Notes under the pieces: generated by a model | Told to the model about the DNA's origin: nothing | The model's database searches: none | The model's input: only the letters and a program-made list of their open reading frames with translations | Part shown: positions 18,653 to 29,571 of the stretch, in pieces | Layout of the letters: each line of letters begins with the position of its first letter | Position numbering within the stretch: the first letter of the stretch is position 1 | Translations under genes and position numbers: made by a program | Assembly (NCBI GenBank): GCA_964540475.1 | Contig: CAZIMC010000001.1 | Location: forward strand, 9,873 to 73,872 | From: an uncultured Gammaproteobacteria bacterium | GTDB taxonomy: Bacteria; Patescibacteriota; Microgenomatia; UBA8517 | Direction of reading: 5' to 3' | Length of the DNA stretch: 64,000 nt

Positions 18653-19282
18653 TCATTTAACGAAGGGTACAAATTGGAAGCTACCATGTTGAGAAGATGA
18701 TATATCACCCTCGCACTTAACAAATTTGGTCATTACACGATCTTTGCCTGAGCCAATCGGTGCAACCATTATTCCTCCTTCATTAAGCTGCACTAGAAGC
18801 TCGTTTGCATCTGGTTGCTCCATCCCGGCAGTCACCAGTATCCTGTCGAATGGTTCTTCTTGTTCCCATCCGATTTCCCTTTTAACTGTCTTTAAATAAA
18901 CATTTGTAATGTTTAAGTTTCTAAGTGTTTTCTGAGCTCGCTTAGTCAATTCAGGAATTCTCTCAACACTATAAACCTTCCTTGAAAGCTTAGCCAAAAT
19001 CGCTGTCTGATACCCGGAGCCGGTACCAATTTCCAAAACTCTTTCATACCCTTCTAAACCAAGGAGCTCTGTCATGAAAGCAACTGTGAAGGGCTGAGAA
19101 ATAGTCTGTCCGAACCCAATACCAACAGGCCTATCCTGATATGCAATATCCTTAAACTTAGCAGGCACAAATTCTTCCCGCGGGAGAGAGGCCATAACGC
19201 CAATAATTCTGGCGTCATCAAAACCGTGCCCTTTAATTACTTCGATCATTCGTTGTCTTGCTGACAACCAATTACTAAGCAT
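18653..19282 (-). CDS. pcm: protein-L-isoaspartate O-methyltransferase
   Basis: SAM motif VLEIGTGSGYQTA and the FGQTISQP signature. Confidence 0.85.
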   Translation of the reverse strand: MLSNWLSARQRMIEVIKGHGFDDARIIGVMASLPREEFVPAKFKDIAYQDRPVGIGFGQTISQPFTVAFMTELLGLEGYERVLEIGTGSGYQTAILAKLSRKVYSVERIPELTKRAQKTLRNLNITNVYLKTVKREIGWEQEEPFDRILVTAGMEQPDANELLVQLNEGGIMVAPIGSGKDRVMTKFVKCEGDISSSQHGSFQFVPFVK

Positions 19283-19286
19283 TAAA

Positions 19287-19622
19287 TTATGCTTTCTTTA
19301 TAACACTTCTTGTAAGATTCCCTACGACCGGAACCTCATACTCCTGCCCTTGCCATGCTTTATAAGTTTGTACAAGCCAAAAAATAAACCAGACTATCCA
19401 AATAAGCCCAGGGAGAATTATCGTAATTGCCAAAACCATTGACGAAATCAATGCCAACAAAAACAAAACCAAAGCTTGTGCTGAATGAAACCTCACATAA
19501 GGATTCTTCTCAATGAGAAAAACGATTACCGGCACCACAATTGTTGGGCTAAACAGAGACGCTATCGCTGCGGTAGTTTCTTTTTTAAGTCCAGTACCAT
19601 TTGCTACTGCCATTAATATCAC
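19287..19622 (-). CDS. DUF4870-family small membrane protein
   Basis: RFHSAQALVLFLL motif and three TM helices. Confidence 0.45.
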   Translation of the reverse strand: MILMAVANGTGLKKETTAAIASLFSPTIVVPVIVFLIEKNPYVRFHSAQALVLFLLALISSMVLAITIILPGLIWIVWFIFWLVQTYKAWQGQEYEVPVVGNLTRSVIKKA

Positions 19623-19705
19623 CCCACTTCGCTAAGGCTTCGAGGGTAAAACCCCCGGCCTTATTAATGATTTCAGAATACTTACGCTCTGTCAATCAAT
19701 AACCT

Positions 19706-22144
19706 TTATTTACGCGGTCTGTTCAAACCACCCCGAAAAGCAACTTTTAGAAGCTCAATAATTACAAATGTGGATAGTGCCGAAAATAACACCATCCCCC
19801 AGTAGAATAGAGGCACATTGGTGACACCAAAAAAAACCTTGGTATTATCTGAGATGAATGGGGTTAATTGCAATATAAAACCTAAGCCTATCGCCACCAA
19901 AAGCCACTTGTTATCAAATAAACCACTACGCCAAAACGGTTCTTTTAGGGTCCTTGCAGAAAAGACATAGACCAAGGAGTTCACCCCCAATGCAATGAAT
20001 GCGACCGAGCGTGCCAGCAAAATATCCCCATTTATGTTATAGACATATACAAAAAGTCCAAGTGCGAAAAAACCAGACGTAAGACTGATGACTGCGATTA
20101 AGGCTTTCATCCAGAACTCAACCAGTGACTGCTTAGTTGACCTCGGCGGCTCCTTCATCAATCCTTCTTTTTTTGGATCAACAGTTAGCGCGAGATCCGG
20201 AAAACCATTTGTAACTAAATTTACCCATAAAATCTGGCCTGCTGTTACCGGTAATGGTAAGCCTAATATGATAGAGCCCGTAACCGCGATGATCCCATTG
20301 AAGGCAGAGCTCATTAGATATATTAGAATTTTTCTGACATTATCATAAATTCCCCTACCCTCCTCAATAGCTGCCACCACAGTTTCAAATTTTGAATCGA
20401 GAAGCACAAGATCCGCCGACTCTCGTGCCACATCTGTAGCATCCCCAACAACAATACCAATATCGGCTTTTGCCAGAGCTGGAGCATCATTGACTCCATC
20501 ACCCATCATCGCCACCACCTCACCGTTGGCCTTAAGTGCGTTAACGATAGACAGCTTCTGCTCTGGTGTTGTTCTTGCGAACAGTTGAACTGCTGCCAAC
20601 TTGCTGGTCAATCCATTGTCTCCTAGTTTTTCTAAATCTTTACCAAGCAATACCTCATCCACACTTAAGTTAAATCCAATCTCCTTCATAACAGAAATGG
20701 CAGTTTTGGGATAGTCTCCGGTTATAACAATTGGTCTTATACCAGCCTTTTTAACCTTTTCAATGGCCTGAGCTACATCTTTTCTGACAGGGTCAGAGAA
20801 TGCTATTAACCCCACCCAGGTAAGGCCATTTTTAACTTCGCTTACGTTTATTTTCTTGATACTCTGAGAAACCTCTTTTCTTGCCAGGCCAATTAGTCTT
20901 TTTCCGTCAGACGTCAATTCTTCAATTTTTTCTTTAATATCGTTTTTTTGTTTCTTGCTTAAGTTTGTCCAATCCACCACATAATCCGGAGCGCCATTAA
21001 CAAACATAATGTTTTTATCATTCCATCTATTTAATGACGCAAAGAACCGGTCTTTAGGAGAAAAAGGCAATGCGTCCAGTCGTTTGTGAATTTTTAATAA
21101 GCTCTCTGACTGGTGTTTTTTGGCCCATTCAAAACCAGCTATAACAATTGGATCATCAAGGTCGTTAGCTAAAATCATTTGCTTTGCTATGTCGTCAACC
21201 TCACCCACAACTTCTGAGGGCTGCATCAACCCTTTTGTCAATGTGCCGGTTTTATCAAGGCATACAACAGTTACACCACCCAATGTTTCGGCAGACGTTA
21301 AACTCCTGACGAGACCCTTGCGCTTGAGGATCCTTTGCATTCCAATTGCCAATACGACAGTTAAGCCAACAAGTAGCCCTTCAGGGATCGCCGAAACCGC
21401 CAAAGCAACCGAAGTTGTAAACATTTCGTCAAGACCTCTGCCAAATATAAGTCCAGTGAAATAGACAAAAATTATCAAAGCTGCGATTAGTAAAACTAAC
21501 TGTTTTGCAAAAGCAGTAAGTTGCTTCTTAAGCGGAGTCTCCTCTTCTTTTTCTTGAACTTCAAGCGCAATCTTGCCTATTTTAGTACCGGCTCCCGTCT
21601 TCTCAACAAACATAAACGCTGTACCTGCAGCCACAATTGTACCCATATACACTTCATCATCCTTGTTTTTGTTAACCGGTACGCTCTCCCCAGTAAGGAC
21701 AGCTTCATTTAAGTACAAACGAGTGGCATGTAGGAGTTTACCGTCTCCTGGCACCTTATCCCCCTGAGTTAAAACAACCACATCTGCCGGCACAACTTCT
21801 TTGGTATTTATATTTTTGCGCTTGCCATCCCGTATTACTTCGCTCTGAATTGTTACAAGTTTTTTTAAAGCTACCAGCGCATTACCGGCTTTTTTTTCCT
21901 GAATAAAACCTAAAACCGTATTAATAACAACAGCCAAAAGTATTATTACCGTATCTGAGGTATGGCTTAGGAAAAAAGTGATAGCAGCAGCGAGTATTAG
22001 GACATATACGAGTGGGCTTTTGATTTGTGAAAGTAAAATTGCAAAATCAGTTGGGGGAGGTTTCTCCGGCAAGACATTCGGCCCGAATTTCTTTAGATTT
22101 TCCCGAGCCTCCCTTTCCGAAAGTCCTTTAACATCAACTGGCAT
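19706..22144 (-). CDS. P2-type (Ca2+/cation) P-type ATPase
   Basis: CLDKTGTLT phosphorylation site, IPEGL in TM4, GDGVNDAPAL, about ten TM helices; 812 aa. Confidence 0.8.
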   Translation of the reverse strand: MPVDVKGLSEREARENLKKFGPNVLPEKPPPTDFAILLSQIKSPLVYVLILAAAITFFLSHTSDTVIILLAVVINTVLGFIQEKKAGNALVALKKLVTIQSEVIRDGKRKNINTKEVVPADVVVLTQGDKVPGDGKLLHATRLYLNEAVLTGESVPVNKNKDDEVYMGTIVAAGTAFMFVEKTGAGTKIGKIALEVQEKEEETPLKKQLTAFAKQLVLLIAALIIFVYFTGLIFGRGLDEMFTTSVALAVSAIPEGLLVGLTVVLAIGMQRILKRKGLVRSLTSAETLGGVTVVCLDKTGTLTKGLMQPSEVVGEVDDIAKQMILANDLDDPIVIAGFEWAKKHQSESLLKIHKRLDALPFSPKDRFFASLNRWNDKNIMFVNGAPDYVVDWTNLSKKQKNDIKEKIEELTSDGKRLIGLARKEVSQSIKKINVSEVKNGLTWVGLIAFSDPVRKDVAQAIEKVKKAGIRPIVITGDYPKTAISVMKEIGFNLSVDEVLLGKDLEKLGDNGLTSKLAAVQLFARTTPEQKLSIVNALKANGEVVAMMGDGVNDAPALAKADIGIVVGDATDVARESADLVLLDSKFETVVAAIEEGRGIYDNVRKILIYLMSSAFNGIIAVTGSIILGLPLPVTAGQILWVNLVTNGFPDLALTVDPKKEGLMKEPPRSTKQSLVEFWMKALIAVISLTSGFFALGLFVYVYNINGDILLARSVAFIALGVNSLVYVFSARTLKEPFWRSGLFDNKWLLVAIGLGFILQLTPFISDNTKVFFGVTNVPLFYWGMVLFSALSTFVIIELLKVAFRGGLNRPRK

Positions 22145-22188
22145 ACAACCATGCTACCATAAAAAAACTTAGGAATTGGGACAACGGC

Positions 22189-23925
22189 CTATAATCTCTG
22201 GAGCTTGAATAATCTCTGAAGTTCTTTTACGGATGTAGCACCGTTGGGAGATTTGTCATCTCGAAACTTAACAAGACGGGGAAATCTCAAAGCAAGGCCA
22301 GCTGAATGCGTTGGGCTTTTGGTTATTTCATCAGCTGCGATCTCTACTACTAAAGAGGGGGCTACCCAATAGTCTGGGGTGTAGTTTTTATGAACCTCGT
22401 ATTCTTTCGGCATTTCGAGAACTTCAAGTTTTCCCAGCCGGCGCTTCATTTCCATAAATTGTTCATCGGTTAGACCAGTTCCAATTTTGGTGGTGGTCTT
22501 AATTTTCTCCCCATCCCGCACACCTACCAAAAATTGCCCCAAACCAAATCCTGCCCTTTTACCTTTGCCGACTGTATAGCCCATTACTACACAATCTACT
22601 GTATCCGCAAGCTTACCCAGTGCCTTCTCGTCCTGCTTCATCTTTACCCAACGCCAACCAGTTCTCCCTGGAACATAACCGCTTGAAATCTTTTTTACAA
22701 TTACACCTTCTAACCCCTTGGCCGCTTCTTGTTTTTGTAAATCTGCAATTCGTTGTGGATCTGACGTTTCTTCCGAGCTAACAATCTTAAATGGCCCACC
22801 TGGTTTAATTGTTTTCTCAAGCACTTTTCTTCTTTGCGCATAGGATAAATCCATCAAACTATCCCCGTCTTTATACAATATGTCAAAAACAAAAAACTCA
22901 ATTCCAATCTTTTGCAAAGCCCTCGCTATCTCGTGTTTTCTGCGTCTCGTCATCGTCTTTTGAAAATTGGCCATCTGCTTTGTTTCCTCGTCAAGTCCCA
23001 CGGCTTCGGAGTCTAAAATCAGCGAATCAGCATTCACATATTCACCGATTTTTTGTAGTTCCGGAAACATCCATGAATTGTCCTTAAGGTTTCTGGTAAA
23101 CGCTTTGACCACACCAACTTTCCCATTCTTGAAATGCAAAGAGAGCCTAAGACCGTCTAGTTTTGGTTCTACTGCAACCTCTCCCATCTTCTCGACCATC
23201 TCAGCTGGAGACTTAATTCTCTGAGCTAGCATCGGAAGAACCGGAATCCCCACAACCGGGGTCACGTCGGCAAGAGCCTTACCTACACCTTCTTCCTTCA
23301 TATATTTGGCAAGCAGTCCTACGTCAGGCAAAACCTGATACGCCCTGTCGATTTGGGCTGACAAACTTTTATCTCCTCTTATTGACCACGAAAGGGCGTC
23401 TATCATCGTCTTATCCGAAAATCCCAAACGAAGTTTTCCAAGAAGAATCCTAATTACAAACTTGGCTCCTTGCGGATCGAGCCTTGAAACAAGATTTGCC
23501 AATTGTTGAGTTTTTAATTCCTGGCTTCCTTCCCCCGACAGGATTGCAATCTTCACCAAATGCTCATGGACCTCCGCTACCGACTGATTGCCCACCGACT
23601 TAGATTTAGACTGCTCATTAAGACTGCGAGCTGTCTCTCCCAAATCGCCTAATTGTTTATAGAGCTTTAACACTTCTACTGGCTCTTTTTTATAACCCAA
23701 TGCTAAACCTTTAATTACCATTTTATCCGCCATGCTAAAAATTACCGATTTGTAAGAAGGGGCGAGTTGGCCTAAAAGCAGATAAGCAACTTTGTCAACT
23801 TCCACTTGATCAGTTTTATTAAATAAATCGGCCAGTATTTCGGTGATGGAGTTTCTGGAAGCAGTTTTTTCTAGTTTTTCTAAATAGACGGAGAGCTCTT
23901 TAAATTGCATAAGGATAATATACAC
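22189..23925 (-). CDS. ATP-dependent DNA ligase
   Basis: Motif I AVEPKLDGLR (KxDG), the OB-fold region, and a length of 578 aa. Confidence 0.8.
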   Translation of the reverse strand: MYIILMQFKELSVYLEKLEKTASRNSITEILADLFNKTDQVEVDKVAYLLLGQLAPSYKSVIFSMADKMVIKGLALGYKKEPVEVLKLYKQLGDLGETARSLNEQSKSKSVGNQSVAEVHEHLVKIAILSGEGSQELKTQQLANLVSRLDPQGAKFVIRILLGKLRLGFSDKTMIDALSWSIRGDKSLSAQIDRAYQVLPDVGLLAKYMKEEGVGKALADVTPVVGIPVLPMLAQRIKSPAEMVEKMGEVAVEPKLDGLRLSLHFKNGKVGVVKAFTRNLKDNSWMFPELQKIGEYVNADSLILDSEAVGLDEETKQMANFQKTMTRRRKHEIARALQKIGIEFFVFDILYKDGDSLMDLSYAQRRKVLEKTIKPGGPFKIVSSEETSDPQRIADLQKQEAAKGLEGVIVKKISSGYVPGRTGWRWVKMKQDEKALGKLADTVDCVVMGYTVGKGKRAGFGLGQFLVGVRDGEKIKTTTKIGTGLTDEQFMEMKRRLGKLEVLEMPKEYEVHKNYTPDYWVAPSLVVEIAADEITKSPTHSAGLALRFPRLVKFRDDKSPNGATSVKELQRLFKLQRL

Positions 23926-24989
23926 TACCTGTTGGCAATAACATACCTTGAGGCCTTTGTGCTTCCTTCCTTTTTAATAACGCCCTTTTTAAGCATGTCT
24001 GTTAGGTCGCGCAAAATTGTATCATCAGAAACCATAGGAAGTACGCGTTTAAGTTCTTGCATGCTCCCCGCCCCCTGGTCAGAAAGATATTCAATAAGTC
24101 TCATTTGCCGTTCGGAAAGTGCAATTTGCTCTCCGATTTTCACCTTTAACCTGGTATCAATTGAGAGCTTTTTGACCTTTTCTTTGATTTTGCTAAGCTC
24201 CGCCGCAACCACTTCAGTAAAATACTCTATCCAGGGTGTCAAATTCCTTTCAGCAATATTCTTTGATTGTCTATCGACCAAGGCGAATGCCTCGTAATAA
24301 CTTGCTGGATCTTCGTCAAAATGTTCTTCAAGAGAGAAAAAGCGTTTTATATCGTAGCCCTCTTTAATTAATATAAGCGTTGCAAATGCTCTTGTGACTC
24401 TTCCATTACCCTCCACAAAAGGATGGATAGCAACTAATATGTAATGAGCAACTGCCGCCCTAAGGACCGGGTGGAGTTCTTTAGATTCGAGCGCATTTAG
24501 CCAGTTAAAAAACTCCTCAATTAAATAAGGTACTTCAACCCAACCAGGTGGTTCAAAAATAACATTTCCTGTTCCTTCCTCTTTAATTACAACTTGGGTA
24601 TTTCTGAATACACCAATCTTCTCCTCAGCAATAATTTTGAAAACTGTGAGCCGGTGCATTTCTTTAAGCATCTCAGGTTCATATCCACCCCTTTTGACCG
24701 CAAGTTCATCTAATAGTGTTGCAACGTTCCTATAATTGATAACTTCTTGTATATCACGAGCTCGGCCATATATTTGCTCTCCCTCAAGAAGTTTTTTAGT
24801 CTGGACCATTGTGAGATCGTTTCCTTCTATATGGGTACCATGATACACAGTTCTGACTATTGCATCAGACTGAAACTGTTTTTCGTATGAAGGAACAAGG
24901 GGTGCATTTTCTATGACTTCCTTAGCCGCTTCCAATGCACCGACATTTTTTAAGATTTTATTCGTAATAACAAACCTGGGAATATACAT
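23925..24989 (-). CDS. Fic-family protein with C-terminal winged-helix domain
   Basis: HPFVEGNGRVTRAF Fic motif and an N-terminal (T)HIEGN inhibitory-helix motif. Confidence 0.8.
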   Translation of the reverse strand: MYIPRFVITNKILKNVGALEAAKEVIENAPLVPSYEKQFQSDAIVRTVYHGTHIEGNDLTMVQTKKLLEGEQIYGRARDIQEVINYRNVATLLDELAVKRGGYEPEMLKEMHRLTVFKIIAEEKIGVFRNTQVVIKEEGTGNVIFEPPGWVEVPYLIEEFFNWLNALESKELHPVLRAAVAHYILVAIHPFVEGNGRVTRAFATLILIKEGYDIKRFFSLEEHFDEDPASYYEAFALVDRQSKNIAERNLTPWIEYFTEVVAAELSKIKEKVKKLSIDTRLKVKIGEQIALSERQMRLIEYLSDQGAGSMQELKRVLPMVSDDTILRDLTDMLKKGVIKKEGSTKASRYVIANR

Positions 24990-25027
24990 ATCTTAATTTT
25001 ACCGCAACATTTGCGGAAAACAAGATG

Positions 25028-25870
25028 TCAGATCAGTGTCTTTATCATTGCGGGAATTGCTTCTGCCAAATCATCTGCATTAAAATTTGTCCCCACTCTC
25101 TCATGTAGCATTTCGGCTGTTTTTTTGGTTATAAAGCTGGCCGAACAAGCTGCCAAGAAAGGATCGTTTTTGGCCAATAGCGCAACAGTTAAACCAGCTT
25201 GAGTATCTCCTGTTCCCCCTTTTGTTAAACCAGCATTTCCCCCATTTATCTCACAATCCTCGCCGGGTGAATAAACATTAGTAGTGGGACCTTTGCAAAC
25301 AATCACACATTTATATTTTTCGGCCGCCTCTTTTGCAGACATTTCGTCAAACAAATACTTATACTCATGTTTGTTTGGTGTAAGAATAGAATGTGGAGGA
25401 ATCCATGAAGAATCCATTGTTTGCAGTGATCCGGCATCAATAACCCACTTTTTATGTGGAAATTTTTTTAGTAACCTCTCTGTAATATCCCGAGTAGCTC
25501 TACACGCTGCGTCACAGAAATGATAGCGCCGCCCGTGTGGAACCTTCTCACTTCTATAACGCATAAAGCCAGGGCCAATTAAAACTGCATCAGATTTTTC
25601 AATATACTCCTCGGTTTCTTCCCATGGAATCCAAATGAATGAGAGCAGCCTACTTTTAAGTTGCTCGGCAACCAATCCAACTGCCCTCTCGGGTGTAGAA
25701 AAAAAGACCATATCCACCATCCTTGAAGCAACCTTTAGGGCAAAAAGCGGTGCACCGTGGAAAAGACTCGATCCGCCAATAATAGTCACTTGTCCATTAT
25801 CCTCTCCGAAAGAAAAACTTGCAGGTTTGTATAAGTTATTAAGATCTTTAGCAGTGAAGATTTTTGCCAC
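25028..25870 (-). CDS. nnrD: ADP-dependent NAD(P)H-hydrate dehydratase (YjeF C-terminal domain)
   Basis: GGSSLFHGAP and GGTGDTQAG motifs. Confidence 0.7.
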   Translation of the reverse strand: MAKIFTAKDLNNLYKPASFSFGEDNGQVTIIGGSSLFHGAPLFALKVASRMVDMVFFSTPERAVGLVAEQLKSRLLSFIWIPWEETEEYIEKSDAVLIGPGFMRYRSEKVPHGRRYHFCDAACRATRDITERLLKKFPHKKWVIDAGSLQTMDSSWIPPHSILTPNKHEYKYLFDEMSAKEAAEKYKCVIVCKGPTTNVYSPGEDCEINGGNAGLTKGGTGDTQAGLTVALLAKNDPFLAACSASFITKKTAEMLHERVGTNFNADDLAEAIPAMIKTLI

Positions 25871-25899
25871 AATGTCAGTATATGGTATATTGTTTAGTT

Positions 25900-26193
25900 A
25901 TGTTAGATATATTTTTCAAAGTTTTGGGCATCTTTGGAAGACAAACCAAAGCATTTAAAGATGAATTTGTTCAACAACTATTAAAATTGGTAACAAGCGG
26001 GTTTGGATTGGTTGCTGCCCTTGCATGGAACGAACTGATAAGAGAAATCATTTCAACTTATATAAGGCCGGTTGCAGGAGAATTTTCAGGAATGATTTCA
26101 CTATTGGTCTATGCAGTCGTTGTCACTGTTATTGCGGTAATGGTAACCTACAGTTTGACGAAAATGTCCAAAAAAGAAGATAAGAAAAATTAG
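25900..26193 (+). CDS. small membrane protein, hypothetical
   Basis: Two TM helices. Start taken at MLDIFF. Confidence 0.3.
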   Translation: MLDIFFKVLGIFGRQTKAFKDEFVQQLLKLVTSGFGLVAALAWNELIREIISTYIRPVAGEFSGMISLLVYAVVVTVIAVMVTYSLTKMSKKEDKKN

Positions 26194-26468
26194 ATCTCCC
26201 TTTCCTTCTCCCATCTACTATATGCATCTGCCCCACTGATTGGTTTATGAACGTGATGGGGGTTTACACTGCCACGAATCTCAGTGTCATACATGCTCAT
26301 ATCGTCAGGGAAGTTGGGGGGGCCCTCTGGGGTTGCTGGTTGATCTTTCTGGAGAATAAACAGGTTGTTCCCTGCCTCTAGCCAATAGTGACCTTTAGGT
26401 GGATTACCAGGAATATTTCCTTCTTTACCACGGTAATACTTCCCTGTACGAAATTTACCAAATCGCAT
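26190..26468 (-). CDS. hypothetical protein
   Basis: A 92-aa ORF rich in Gly, Pro and His. No motif recognised. Confidence 0.25.
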   Translation of the reverse strand: MRFGKFRTGKYYRGKEGNIPGNPPKGHYWLEAGNNLFILQKDQPATPEGPPNFPDDMSMYDTEIRGSVNPHHVHKPISGADAYSRWEKEREI

Positions 26469-26480
26469 AGGTTAATTATA

Positions 26481-27566
26481 TTACTTCAGTTGAATTGTTT
26501 CCACTTCACCCAAATCTTCAATATAATGCGGGTCTGCGGTATTTATTATTGTCTGCTGATTTTTAGCAGCCTCGATCACCACTTTTCTGTGCTCATGATC
26601 AAGTTCAGAAAAAATATCATCAAGGAGTAATATGGGTTTTGTGTTTGTAGCTTTTTCCACAAACGAAAGTTCAGCTAGTTTAAGCCACAGAACCGACATC
26701 CGCTGCTCCCCTCTTGAACCAAATCTGGATAAATCTTTTTCGCGTTCATAGCCTACTATCGCCTCAGTCGATTTAACCAAAAAGTCGTCTCTATGCGGTC
26801 CTACTAAAGTTGTAGCCGCGGCCACTTCTTCTTCTTTGTATTGCTCAAGCCTGCCCACCGAAATTGGGCTTTTATCATATTCCACTTTGTAAGATCGGTT
26901 GTTAAGCTTTGGTGTTGCATTTATGTAATCAACGAAATCTCCTCGCATACCAGATATATAATCTCCATTTTTGATTAAAAGCCTATCCCAAAACAAAAGC
27001 TGGCTTCTAGGTAGCCCCTCTTCTCGAATCCTGAATAAAAGTTTATTTCTTTGCCTTAGTCCCTTCTCGTAGGAGAGTGTGGCACGTCTATATTCCCTGT
27101 CCACTTGTGATAAAACACCATCCAAAAACTTGCGCCTTATGCTTGGTGATTCAGTAATCAAGTCCAAGTCCCATGGGCCAAATACAACTGCACGTAAATT
27201 TCCCGCAAAATCGATCACTCTTTTACTTACTCCATTAATCAAAACCTTCTTTCTCGGAGCTTTTTCGATTGTTTGTGTACCCATTCCTATTTCTCCTCGT
27301 GTTAAAATCACCTCAAGCTCCGTCTTTTCCACCTCAGCACTCAACACTATGCCTTTAACTCGTGCGATTTCTTCTTCATAATTAATCATCTCTTCTTCAA
27401 CTTTGGCCCTAAAGCTTTTCCCGGAAGAAAGAAGATAAATGCTTTCCAAAATGTTTGTCTTCCCGCTTCCGTTGGGACCTACAATGACTGTAGTTTTGTC
27501 AGAAAAAGAAAATACGCGATCGTCGAAGTTTCTATACCCTTTAAGTCTGATTTTGCTAATTCTCAC
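26481..27566 (-). CDS. recF: DNA replication and repair protein RecF
   Basis: Walker A VGPNGSGKTN, an SMC-like signature, and LLLDDIFSELD Walker B. Confidence 0.85.
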   Translation of the reverse strand: MRISKIRLKGYRNFDDRVFSFSDKTTVIVGPNGSGKTNILESIYLLSSGKSFRAKVEEEMINYEEEIARVKGIVLSAEVEKTELEVILTRGEIGMGTQTIEKAPRKKVLINGVSKRVIDFAGNLRAVVFGPWDLDLITESPSIRRKFLDGVLSQVDREYRRATLSYEKGLRQRNKLLFRIREEGLPRSQLLFWDRLLIKNGDYISGMRGDFVDYINATPKLNNRSYKVEYDKSPISVGRLEQYKEEEVAAATTLVGPHRDDFLVKSTEAIVGYEREKDLSRFGSRGEQRMSVLWLKLAELSFVEKATNTKPILLLDDIFSELDHEHRKVVIEAAKNQQTIINTADPHYIEDLGEVETIQLK

Positions 27567-27609
27567 TCCTATATTTTAAGCTGTGAAGACTTTTGCGCAA
27601 GCAAGAGGG

Positions 27610-28476
27610 CTATTTTTGACAATTGGGACAGTAATATGTCCCACGTCCTCCGAGGAAATCTTTGACAATTTTATCTTTTTTGCATCTTTTACAAAGCTCT
27701 CCAGTTCTTCCATAGGCCAATGTGTGGTTTTGGTAATTTCCTTCCGAGCCATCAGGGGTTACAAATGCAAGCTCACTTGCCCCACCTTCCTTGATGCCCT
27801 TTTTCAAGACCTCAAGAATCGCATCATATAACTTCTTGGTCTCTTCTTCTCTGAGATCACTTGCAGAACGTCTAGGGTTTATTGTCGCAAGCCAAAGAGC
27901 ATCATTCGCGTAAATATTCCCTACGCCCCCCATTTTTGATTGGTCAATTAAAACAAGCTTCACTGCACGCCGACTTTTTGAAAGAATGTCCCTAAAAATT
28001 GGTAAGGTAAGAAGAGCAGGCTTGCTTTTAGTGGAACCGAAAGGCTCTGGGCCTAATTTTTTGATAAACGCCGAATTCTCAACCTCGTCGGTTGGGAAAA
28101 TTTTAATCCACCCGAAGCGACGATAGTCGTTATAAAAAAGCTTTGCACCTTTATCCATCTCAAAAACCACATGCGTATGTTTTCCTGGCACTCCTCCGAA
28201 AACCTTTTTCGAGAGTGTTTGATTATTTAAATTTGGCCCACGGTAAATCAGTTGGCCAGTGAGTTTTACGTGTACAATGAATGAATATCCATTTGATAGA
28301 TCAATACAAACCACTTTCCCAAATCTCCTTGCAGTTTTGAAAGCCCCCCCCACTAAGACTGTCGTATCGCCTTCCACCACTTTAGGAGTATTTACTTTAA
28401 CCGATAAAATCTCATGCCCTTTAAGGAGTTTCGCAAGTTGGAGCTTTATTGATTCAACTTCTGGTAGTTCCGGCAT
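27610..28476 (-). CDS. mutM: formamidopyrimidine-DNA glycosylase
   Basis: N-terminal MPELPEVE, H2TH, and a C-terminal zinc finger CxxC...CxxC. Start taken at MPELPEV. Confidence 0.8.
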   Translation of the reverse strand: MPELPEVESIKLQLAKLLKGHEILSVKVNTPKVVEGDTTVLVGGAFKTARRFGKVVCIDLSNGYSFIVHVKLTGQLIYRGPNLNNQTLSKKVFGGVPGKHTHVVFEMDKGAKLFYNDYRRFGWIKIFPTDEVENSAFIKKLGPEPFGSTKSKPALLTLPIFRDILSKSRRAVKLVLIDQSKMGGVGNIYANDALWLATINPRRSASDLREEETKKLYDAILEVLKKGIKEGGASELAFVTPDGSEGNYQNHTLAYGRTGELCKRCKKDKIVKDFLGGRGTYYCPNCQK

Positions 28477-29569
28477 ATTTTCTTTCAACAAATTTTAGCA
28501 CTTCTTTCTTGAACTTTTCTTTTGAAAACTTTTTGGCTTGATTCACGCAATCCCTCGGATTAATGTTTAATTTATCAAGCCTTTTGATGGCTTTGCTCAG
28601 GCTCTCAACGCTTACCTCTTCAAAGAAAACTCCAGTTCTGCCATCGACTACTGTCTCCAAATACCCCCCACCCTTAAAGGCCACTACTGGTGTACCACAA
28701 AGCATGGCCTCAACTGGTGTAATCCCGAAATCCTCATCCGTTGCTAATGCAAGAAAAGCTTTTGCGCCTTTGTAAAGTTTAACCAGTTCTTTGTCTGTTA
28801 CATACCCTAAAAATTCAGTATTATCACCAGCAAGCTTTTGTAGATTTTTATACTCTGTGTAGTAACCCGCAGGTTTTCCGGCAATCTTTAGCTTTATCCC
28901 CAGTTTTCGTGCAGTCTTAACAGCCAAGTCCAAGCCCTTCCCGCCAACAATTCTTGAGATAACCAAGTAATAATCACCCTTAGGTGTGTCACCCGCATTG
29001 GGTAGTTCTACTGGTGGATAAATCACCGTCGCCTTTTTGCGGTAGATCTTCCAGATTCTTTCGGCTACATTTTTTGAATTAGCTAAAAAGAAATCTACCT
29101 TTTGAGCGGCTTCAAAGTCATACATCCTCATAAAATGCCCAACTATATGTGCATAGGCTCGTACTAGCTTATATTTTTGAAGTTCGATCGATGTCTTATA
29201 TCCATAAAGCCATCTCGGTGGTGTATGACAATAGCATACCTCAATAGTATGCTTACCCTTTTTAAATCCTTTTGTTATATACCAACCGGAGGAACTAACT
29301 ACAATATCATATTTTGAAAAGTCAAAACTCCCCCAAACCCAAGGTGCCAAAAATCGCAGTGGCGAGTGTAGATGTGTTGCAAAGAAGGGTATGTGGTGAA
29401 CCCACGAAGTAATTATTTTTTTCTTCTTAAACCGTTCGTATGCAGGTGATTTACTCTTATAAAACGATGTATAGATAGGAGCCTTAGGCCAAATTTCACT
29501 TAAGCTCAGTAAAACTCTTTCGGCTCCTCCGAACTCGTTTAAATAATCGTGAACTAATGCTACTTTCAT
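28454..29569 (-). CDS. glycosyltransferase family 4
   Basis: GT-B fold with a C-terminal EDFGITPVEAMLCGTPVV motif. Confidence 0.7.
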   Translation of the reverse strand: MKVALVHDYLNEFGGAERVLLSLSEIWPKAPIYTSFYKSKSPAYERFKKKKIITSWVHHIPFFATHLHSPLRFLAPWVWGSFDFSKYDIVVSSSGWYITKGFKKGKHTIEVCYCHTPPRWLYGYKTSIELQKYKLVRAYAHIVGHFMRMYDFEAAQKVDFFLANSKNVAERIWKIYRKKATVIYPPVELPNAGDTPKGDYYLVISRIVGGKGLDLAVKTARKLGIKLKIAGKPAGYYTEYKNLQKLAGDNTEFLGYVTDKELVKLYKGAKAFLALATDEDFGITPVEAMLCGTPVVAFKGGGYLETVVDGRTGVFFEEVSVESLSKAIKRLDKLNINPRDCVNQAKKFSKEKFKKEVLKFVERKYAGTTRS

Positions 29570-29571
29570 TT